From an uncultured Clostridia bacterium (GTDB taxonomy: Bacteria; Bacillota; Clostridia; TANB77; CAG-508): a DNA stretch of 38,114 nucleotides. Under the pieces are notes generated by a model. It was not told the origin of the DNA. It saw only the letters and a list, made by a program, of their open reading frames with translations, and made no database searches. Made by a program: the position numbers and the translations under genes. The DNA lies in assembly GCA_944390335.1 (NCBI GenBank), contig CALXQA010000002.1, positions 1 through 38,114 on the forward strand. Reading direction: 5' to 3'. Shown here piece by piece: positions 15,301 to 21,102 of this stretch (the stretch's first letter is position 1; each line of letters starts with the position of its first letter).

Positions 15301-18227
15301 TATTTATATTCTCCATTATATAAATAGTCTCCTGCTCTTACTTCTACATTCCATGTTCCATCATTATCTATATTTGCATCTTTTTTATTATACATATATG
15401 TTTGTGTTTTTCCATTTACTCTAACTGTAGTTTTGTATACGTCTTTTTGGATTGCTAAGTCTGCTGTATCTCTTACATATATTCCAAAGTCTACATTTCT
15501 ACTTTGGTCTGATTTTGCTGTATATAGTGAATTATATTCTTCTCCATGTTTATATACTGTATCTGGTTGGCTTTCTGGATCTTCTAAATTCTCTGTTACG
15601 AATTTATCATATACTGGATATTCTCTTGTTTCTGCTGTTATCATACAATCTTTTATATATTGCACTACACCATCTCTATCTTCTTTTCCAACGCCTTCAT
15701 CTCTTAACCAATCTTCTAATTTATCATATGCTCTATCATATTCTTTTTCTTCTGTAGCAAATTCTACAAATTCTTCCCATGCATCTCTATATGTTAATGC
15801 TCCACTTCCTCGTGGTATATATTCTCCATTATCTTGCATTAATTTAGTATCTAATCCATATGCTTTATTCCAGCCTCTTTCATCATAACTATTTGGTGAA
15901 GAGTATATGCTTTCAAATCTTTCATTAAATCCTTCTCTATCCTCATCTTGTGCATTTGAATATCCACCACTTAAATCATCTTTATAGTATGTATCTTCAT
16001 ATATCTGTCCATTATATGTAAATCTTACTATATATTTCTTTAATGTATTTAGTTTTTCAAATCTATATTCACCATTTTCATCTGTAGTTGTTGTTCTAAT
16101 TACTCTTCCATCACAGATTAATTCTACTAGCATTCCTGAATAACTATAGTCTTGGCTATCTGTATCATTTGCTTTAAAAATACCATTTAGCTTATCCTCT
16201 TTTGTTGCAGGTACATCTACCCATACTTTTCCGCCTATTACCATTTCATCTTTTTCATGGTCATGTGGTGTTTTTCCACTTATATATGTAAATGTTGTCT
16301 CGTCCATTTGTGGTGTTGGAGGAGTTACTATTTGCATTGTACTTTGCAATAAGTTGTATGCTTCTGCTGATATTTGAGGATTTCTATCACCCCACTCAAA
16401 ATTCCATCCTCTTCCTTCATTTAAAACATAATTTTCACATATTTCCTCGGCTCTTTTCTTTGCCGCACTTTCAGCTCTACTTCTTGTTGAATATTCATCA
16501 CCATCATATACATATACTGTTCTGTATATGTCTTTTCCAGATGTGGTTGTTGTTATATATTTTTCATAATCATATATTGTGTCAATTTCTTCATCTGTTA
16601 TTTTGTCTTCTAATTCTTGAACTGTTTCATATTTTTTTGATTTATAGTATATAAATGTGTTGAAATTACTGTTTATATCAGCACTTATTATTTCTCCATC
16701 ACCGTTATTAAAGTGCGGCGTAGAGTTTTTTATCAATTCTAATAAATATTCTTTTAGTTTTTCGTCTAATGTATTTGCTGATATGTTTTTTAAATCATTA
16801 TAACTTGAATATGTAATTACATTTTCATCTTTTAATTCTTGTATTGTTTTGTTTGTTTCCCATATAGATTCTGATACTGTTGTGTCTGTCCATTGTTCTA
16901 GTCTTTCATCTTTTACACTCAATTTTGTGTCTGTACTTTTATATAGGTTTGATAAACCGTCTAATTTTGTAAAGTATGTTAAGTTGAATTCATATGTAAT
17001 TGATTCTACTTGTCTTGTTTCATTTGAAGGTATTGTTACTTTAAAATAATATTCTTTACCGAATTCAGGCATATCTACTGCTAAAGAATGTCCACTATCA
17101 TCTATTATTTCTACATCATATCTTGCTGTTTCTCCATTTGAAAATTTAACTATAGCTTCTAATGCATTTTGGTCTGTTAGTTTGCAAAATTGGAATGAGT
17201 CACAACCAGGATTTAATCCTAAGATTTCATTATATACCAATGTTCCTAATGTTGTACCTAACTCTGAACCATATGAGTTTCCTTGTGTTGTTTCATCATA
17301 TTTTGTTCCTGTTCTTTCATCTTCAAATCTAATATTTTTTGTGTATACATCATTTAGCACATTTCCATTACTATCAACAATGTCTGCTTTATATCTACCT
17401 TGTATATATGTTCTATTGTTTTGATCGACTTCAACTTCTACATCATCTTGATCTATAGGCGATGTTTGTATATTTAATTTCATTCCGCTCTTATTGAGTA
17501 TTTCATAATAAAAGTTTGCCCACGCTTCTGCTCTTTCTATAATTTTGTCATCATAATATGATTTTAGCATTATATCAGTATTCCATGTTGGCATGTTATT
17601 TTTTGATTCATCTATATTGCTTACATATCCATTATTACTTGTAAGTCTTGCCATATCTGTCTTTGTTGCTGTTGCTAATCTATAAGTTGGCATTGTTACT
17701 GTAGAAGCTGTCTGATATAGCCAATCGCTATTTGGACTCCATATTTCTGAATACCACACTGCTATTTGAACCATCTTTCTCATATGTTCTTCAGTCACTG
17801 GTATTCCATTTCCATTATCATCAATGCCGAAGTTATATCCATTATTATTTTTATAATATTCATATGCCATATATGCTGCTGCTATACTTTGTTCTGTTTC
17901 TATATTTTCTTCAACTGGTTCATAGTTTATTATTTGATTATCATATTGACCATTTACTGTTTCTGTATTTTGTAGTGATACTAATTCCATATTTGATGCA
18001 GAACAAAATACAGGACGTCCATTTTTGTCATGAATACTATAATAGGTTTGTCTCATATTTGGTGTAAAATAATCTCCTGATTGAGTTCCTGTTTCTAAAT
18101 CATCTAATCCACCAAGGGACATCGCTTTAGCTTGAGTTTGCATTAATATAATTGTTAATAGAGCTAATAAAACACTTACTAAAGTTTTTACTAGAACATT
18201 TAATTCTTTTAATTTTTTCATATACAC
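12330..18227 (-). CDS. Giant (about 1963-1965 aa) cell-wall-anchored surface adhesin, paralogue B. Same architecture as 1-6075, with an LPPTG sorting signal.
   Basis: Uninterrupted 5.9 kb ORF. The likely true start is the ATG at 18221 (MKKLKELN...), 9 nt after AGAGG, and the signal peptide ends in AKA. Cys75 (FCSAS) and a QIAVW motif resemble a thioester domain. Long blocks are identical to paralogue A, for example VRFTYNGQIYEDTYYKDDLSGG and RLVFPEGDEDERTFTGYVYEDERNQESDLA. LPPTG is at nt 12441-12455, followed by a TM helix and KKK tail. Confidence 0.85.
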   Translation of the reverse strand: MYMKKLKELNVLVKTLVSVLLALLTIILMQTQAKAMSLGGLDDLETGTQSGDYFTPNMRQTYYSIHDKNGRPVFCSASNMELVSLQNTETVNGQYDNQIINYEPVEENIETEQSIAAAYMAYEYYKNNNGYNFGIDDNGNGIPVTEEHMRKMVQIAVWYSEIWSPNSDWLYQTASTVTMPTYRLATATKTDMARLTSNNGYVSNIDESKNNMPTWNTDIMLKSYYDDKIIERAEAWANFYYEILNKSGMKLNIQTSPIDQDDVEVEVDQNNRTYIQGRYKADIVDSNGNVLNDVYTKNIRFEDERTGTKYDETTQGNSYGSELGTTLGTLVYNEILGLNPGCDSFQFCKLTDQNALEAIVKFSNGETARYDVEIIDDSGHSLAVDMPEFGKEYYFKVTIPSNETRQVESITYEFNLTYFTKLDGLSNLYKSTDTKLSVKDERLEQWTDTTVSESIWETNKTIQELKDENVITYSSYNDLKNISANTLDEKLKEYLLELIKNSTPHFNNGDGEIISADINSNFNTFIYYKSKKYETVQELEDKITDEEIDTIYDYEKYITTTTSGKDIYRTVYVYDGDEYSTRSRAESAAKKRAEEICENYVLNEGRGWNFEWGDRNPQISAEAYNLLQSTMQIVTPPTPQMDETTFTYISGKTPHDHEKDEMVIGGKVWVDVPATKEDKLNGIFKANDTDSQDYSYSGMLVELICDGRVIRTTTTDENGEYRFEKLNTLKKYIVRFTYNGQIYEDTYYKDDLSGGYSNAQDEDREGFNERFESIYSSPNSYDERGWNKAYGLDTKLMQDNGEYIPRGSGALTYRDAWEEFVEFATEEKEYDRAYDKLEDWLRDEGVGKEDRDGVVQYIKDCMITAETREYPVYDKFVTENLEDPESQPDTVYKHGEEYNSLYTAKSDQSRNVDFGIYVRDTADLAIQKDVYKTTVRVNGKTQTYMYNKKDANIDNDGTWNVEVRAGDYLYNGEYKYTREIRKSEYLYDGSIYGVLQNDAKDMQVYVTYRIIVRNQSQTYDTKVEEIVDYFDSSQYEFDGELNGNKYNLNEYNNYDKSGNVSSTYVNSYVGDRNGNKIGDLTVKTESSLGNNRKDTELTDYYTPIYLTGMVDYEQKDERISAGGGMTFVYLTFKVKTHTDETGMDGRVQMDVNTETGEVKGVGKRNLAEINGYSTYYKDGATIPNTLGSGDMQRDKSVSNDVAGLVDNDSIAGNLRAEDIDEDGDLITSEDPVDNRAEDDTDKAPNVRLVFPEGDEDERTFTGYVYEDERNQESDLAVVGNGKYDEGETKINGVTVQLVELIQDVDENGIFKGNYLGEYVWTAKKYENGNWVNTGSTEGNNSARYYSGQKGTVSPILSGPGATSVEGYGIDEDGEYGFKAVPAGDMFIRFIYGDTTQTTLTKADGEGAEVVSLISGDNVTVDNDKGFISKEGLNAKSYNGQDYKSTTYQAGVNQQAGEYNGIKGFVDYNAQNYNINTPNKKTSDYVNREISVVDGKDKNVMYYYNIGESSLHSGISDAKDVGNIRSNVNEYGRGISDIDGESDHQTLVNSRAEVLTAGLKVGTKQDAIEQVNMIKEQMNNTAMVSQTGVINVEIEYNRNKTENQGDKNEMGYLIEDIDLGLTERPVSQLKVNKEVSNLKITLADGSILFDTGSSVNNLSYKKHEGHSGNYENIPNMFSKAYRLTGVTMGKNTEKQPELITTYMDEELMYGARIELYYTISVTNIGEVDYLDNQFYYTGKTNNTAASNISTTAADTVVDYVSNNLQFLPTNSNNGDWGIRQVNELTGSDNSGKDIGQNIDLINSKYINTLGTYNVIVTTKTLGNEGIYPEKAEAGTSTLTTNMMLSSTLAPDTGNDSMVYNNLVEIVQTSNSQGRRMKYSVAGNQPMADQSLGTDAVTDEQEGIYTKADLVTPTEIDSDSSQQVLILPPTGANRNYAIWIITGIIAAILVGGAIILIKKKVLGKKKD

Positions 18228-18290
18228 ATACCTCTATTTATATTTTCTCATTCATATTTTTTCTCTTCTGTTATGTATCTCCACATATAT

Positions 18291-18319
18291 ATTGTACCAC
18301 ATTTACTCTACATAATCAA
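18291..18319 (-). promoter_or_regulatory. Sigma-A-type promoter for paralogue B.
   Basis: On the minus strand, TTGATT is followed by a 17-nt spacer and TACAAT with an extended -10 TG (TGGTACAAT). It lies about 70 nt upstream of the ATG at 18221. Confidence 0.5.
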
Positions 18320-18379
18320 GTGACTTGTTCGTTTTTCTTTCTTATTTATATGCATTTTCCATATATTTCATCGATTTAC

Positions 18380-18434
18380 TTACGGAAATTTTATTTTTAC
18401 CCCTTTTTATATTTTTTTATTTGCAAAAGTGTAA
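18380..18434 (-). promoter_or_regulatory. Conserved upstream module, copy 2: TTACACTTTTG box and TTCCGTAA box.
   Basis: The same two boxes with the same 44-nt offset as at 11196-11250. On the minus strand this reads TTACAC, a 17-nt spacer and TATAAA, followed downstream by TTCCGTAA. Confidence 0.45.
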
Positions 18435-18524
18435 CATTTTTTTTATTTGTGAATATAATATTAGAGTAAAAAATAAGTATGCGTAAGCTATTTTATTTGT
18501 AATATTTTGTGGAGGTTAATGTTT

Positions 18525-19316
18525 ATGAATGATAATGATATGGCAAGTATGTTTAAAAAGGCACAGGAGATGATTAATAATAATCAGATACCTGATGAGT
18601 TAAAAAATATTGTAGCTAATATGCAAAATAACTCGCAAAATACTAATAATAATTCTAGCTTAAGTTCTAATCAGAATTTATATAATCAAAATATATATGG
18701 TCAAAATAGAAATCATAATACTTCTAATACATCAAATAGTAATATAAGACAAGATTATAATAAATATGCTAATACTTATTCTCAAAGAAATAATAATTTT
18801 AATAATCATAACAATAATAACAATAATAACAATAATAATAACAGTAATGGATTTAAAAATAATTATACTTCTTACAATAATTCAAATACTGATAAACATA
18901 TGAATTATAATAAGTCTAATCAGTCTGATGCAAATAACAATAATAGTAGCAATAACAATAATAACAATAATCAAAGTAATAATAATAATGGATTTAATAA
19001 CATAAACAATATAAACAACATAGATATAAACAGTTTAAAATCTTTATTTTCAAATATTCAAAACACTAATAATTCTAGTAATTCTAATAATGATAATAGT
19101 ATGCCTGATATAGATATGGAAACTATAATGAAAATACAAAATATAATGGCAAAAATGAAAGCAAATAATAATGATGATGATATGTCTAAACTTCTTATGT
19201 CTTTAAAGCCTTATCTTCGTGATACTAAAAAAGAAAAATTAGATGAATATATGAAACTTATAAAAATGGGTAAGATGACTCAAATGCTTGATCTATTTGG
19301 TGGTGATAAAAAGTGA
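18525..19316 (+). CDS. Asn-rich low-complexity protein with ordinary N- and C-terminal segments; function unknown.
   Basis: GGAGG at 18511-18515 lies 9 nt upstream of the ATG at 18525, so the TTG at 18507 in the ORF track is less likely to be the start. The central ~170 aa are dominated by N/S/Q runs, including N12. The termini are non-repetitive (MASMFKKAQEMI..., ...LLMSLKPYLRDTKKEKLDEYMKLIKMGK). Confidence 0.65.
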   Translation: MNDNDMASMFKKAQEMINNNQIPDELKNIVANMQNNSQNTNNNSSLSSNQNLYNQNIYGQNRNHNTSNTSNSNIRQDYNKYANTYSQRNNNFNNHNNNNNNNNNNNSNGFKNNYTSYNNSNTDKHMNYNKSNQSDANNNNSSNNNNNNNQSNNNNGFNNINNINNIDINSLKSLFSNIQNTNNSSNSNNDNSMPDIDMETIMKIQNIMAKMKANNNDDDMSKLLMSLKPYLRDTKKEKLDEYMKLIKMGKMTQMLDLFGGDKK

Positions 19317-19474
19317 ATTTATTTCCAGTAGATGATGATGGAATAATTGATATTTTTGGCTTTAAACTTCATACTGATGATTTAATTATTTTACTTATTT
19401 TATTTATATTATATAAAGAAAATTCTAATGATAAATTTCTCTATATTATATTAATATTACTTTTACTTAGCTAA
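19313..19474 (+). CDS. Possible small (53 aa) membrane protein, translationally coupled to the Asn-rich gene.
   Basis: A GTG at 19313 overlaps the TGA stop of the upstream gene (aaGTGA). An SD-like GGTGGTGA lies 6 nt upstream. The peptide VNLFPVDDDGIIDIFGFKLHTDDLIILLILFILYKENSNDKFLYIILILLLLS has two hydrophobic stretches. It is shorter than any ORF listed in the track. Confidence 0.35.
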   Translation: MNLFPVDDDGIIDIFGFKLHTDDLIILLILFILYKENSNDKFLYIILILLLLS

Positions 19475-19475
19475 A

Positions 19476-19511
19476 ATAGGACCTAAATACATATATATAT
19501 TTAAGTCCTAT
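19476..19511. terminator. Bidirectional intrinsic terminator between convergent genes.
   Basis: The palindrome ATAGGACCTAAAT...ATTTAAGTCCTAT has one mismatch and A/T-rich flanks. It lies between the end of the small ORF at 19474 and the end of minC at 19542. Confidence 0.6.
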
Positions 19512-19541
19512 TTATTATTATATCCTTATTTGTTATTTTAT

Positions 19542-20156
19542 TTACTCCATCTGTATATTACCATCTGCTCCTATAAATGCATATGAATAACTTTCTACTT
19601 CAATCTCTTCTCTTTGTCTTTCTTTTATATTATTTGATATTCTTATCTGTGGTGATTCAATTATATGTGCAGCTATTATTGCACTATCATTTCCTTTAGC
19701 ACCTGCATGTGCCATTCCTCTAAGGCTACCAAGTACTATTATATTATCCTCTGCTATTACTTCTGCACCATCATTTACATCGCCAAGTATTACAATACTA
19801 CCTTCGAACTCTAACCTCTGACCTGACCTTAATGAACTTTTATAAAATTTAGTTTCTGATACTTCAATCTCTTTTTTAAATGTCTTTTTAATTCCATGTA
19901 ATCCTAGTGTTCTAGGACTATCGAATTCAATTTTTACTTTTATTTCATGATTTATAAGTGACTGTATTTCTTCAATTTCTGCACTTTTTAATATTCTTCC
20001 TGTTATTAAAATTGGTGTTTTTTCTTCTTGATAAAATTTTTTTAGTTCTGGTAGTTTTTCTTTTAATTCTTCGATTATCTCACTAATTTCTACATCATCT
20101 TTTATTCTTAATACTATGTTCTCTTTTTTCAAAAATATATTAATGTTTCTAGACAT
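19542..20156 (-). CDS. minC: Septum site-determining protein MinC.
   Basis: The C-terminal beta-helix motif SLRSGQRLEFEGSIVILGDVNDGAEVIAEDNIIVLGSLRGMAHAGAKGNDSAIIAA is characteristic of MinC. The gene also lies in the mre/pbp neighbourhood. Confidence 0.85.
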   Translation of the reverse strand: MSRNINIFLKKENIVLRIKDDVEISEIIEELKEKLPELKKFYQEEKTPILITGRILKSAEIEEIQSLINHEIKVKIEFDSPRTLGLHGIKKTFKKEIEVSETKFYKSSLRSGQRLEFEGSIVILGDVNDGAEVIAEDNIIVLGSLRGMAHAGAKGNDSAIIAAHIIESPQIRISNNIKERQREEIEVESYSYAFIGADGNIQME

Positions 20157-20230
20157 TTTTTATTCCTTAAAATATATTTAGGTTTTGGCTTTCCTATAAC
20201 CGCTTCTTCCTTCGTATATTCACAAAGCTA

Positions 20231-20259
20231 ATTATATCATTAAATGCAAAAAAAGTAAA
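20231..20259 (-). promoter_or_regulatory. Putative minC promoter.
   Basis: On the minus strand, TTTACT is followed by a 17-nt spacer and TATAAT with an extended -10 (TGATATAAT). It lies about 75 nt upstream of the minC ATG. Confidence 0.5.
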
Positions 20260-20298
20260 GGAAATTTTTTCAAGATAGATGAAAATTAGCCAAAATTT

Positions 20299-20327
20299 CA
20301 ACCAATGGGGACGGGCTTTTTTGGTTG
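20299..20327 (+). repeat. 29-nt G-rich palindromic intergenic repeat, copy A.
   Basis: caaccaatggggacgggcttttttggttg differs at 2 positions from the copy at 31150-31178. It folds as a 12-bp stem when G-U pairs are allowed. Confidence 0.7.
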
Positions 20328-20368
20328 AATTATACTCTGAAACTGTACTGTTTTCAATATATATAAGA

Positions 20369-20408
20369 AAATGTAGGTAAAAAGCTATGTAGCTTTTTAC
20401 CTACATTT
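20369..20408 (-). terminator. Intrinsic terminator of the 187-aa gene.
   Basis: A perfect 19-bp palindrome (AAATGTAGGTAAAAAGCTA / TAGCTTTTTACCTACATTT) begins 1 nt after the stop codon. A T-rich stretch follows on the minus strand. Confidence 0.7.
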
Positions 20409-20409
20409 C

Positions 20410-20973
20410 TTACTCTAATCCTATGCTTCTAACTTCTTCTACAGAGAAATTAAATCTTTCATACAATATATTTTCTACCCACCATTTAGGATAATCTATA
20501 TATTCTGCATTCTTTTGTAATATCTCCAGATAATCTTCTTTATTTAAATTATCCTTTAGATATACGCTAATAGGCCTATAATTATCATCAAAGTGATTAC
20601 ATCTTACAGCTATTGATTTTTTTGTTTTCACAGTTATCTCTTCATAACCCCACCAATCTCTTCTTTTTCTTTCTTCATCAGCTATTATTTTATGTTCTTC
20701 TTCGGTATATGCCCTATTTTCCTTTGGAAAACCTAAAAGTAACATCAGCAAATCATTGTTTGACCTTGGAAGCTTGAGAAGTGCAAAAAAGATTTTATTG
20801 GGATTAGTCCCTACAATGTATGCCTCTCCAACTTTTGCTTCTCCTTCATATGAATTCTTTTTTCCCCATTTAATTTTTAATCTTCCTTTTATATATGAAT
20901 ATTCTACATTTTTTGATAATCCAACTGGTACATTTTCACAATCTTCCCGTAAGAAAATAATCTTTTTGCCCAT
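20410..20973 (-). CDS. Hypothetical cytoplasmic protein (187 aa); no family recognised.
   Basis: Clean ORF with an RBS (AGGAAG) and its own promoter and terminator. It has no TM segment or signal peptide, and I recognise no motifs in it. Confidence 0.6.
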   Translation of the reverse strand: MGKKIIFLREDCENVPVGLSKNVEYSYIKGRLKIKWGKKNSYEGEAKVGEAYIVGTNPNKIFFALLKLPRSNNDLLMLLLGFPKENRAYTEEEHKIIADEERKRRDWWGYEEITVKTKKSIAVRCNHFDDNYRPISVYLKDNLNKEDYLEILQKNAEYIDYPKWWVENILYERFNFSVEEVRSIGLE

Positions 20974-21049
20974 TTATTAATTCTTCCTTTCTTTAATAGA
21001 ATTAGAAATTGCTCCTAATACAAGAACTGTTTTCCAAAAATACACTTGC

Positions 21050-21078
21050 ATTATATCACATTATCGTCATATTGTGAA
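21050..21078 (-). promoter_or_regulatory. Putative promoter of the 187-aa gene.
   Basis: On the minus strand, TTCACA is followed by a 17-nt spacer and TATAAT with an extended -10 (TGATATAAT). Confidence 0.5.
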
Positions 21079-21102
21079 GTTGTTTAATTTCTAATTTTTA
21101 TA

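Noticed and set aside
20268-20369. A 33-aa plus-strand ORF (MKISQNFNQWGRAFLVELYS...) spanning repeat copy A.
   Set aside because: The RBS spacing is poor (about 16 nt). The conserved part is explained by the palindromic DNA/RNA repeat, and the other copies are not in any comparable ORF context.
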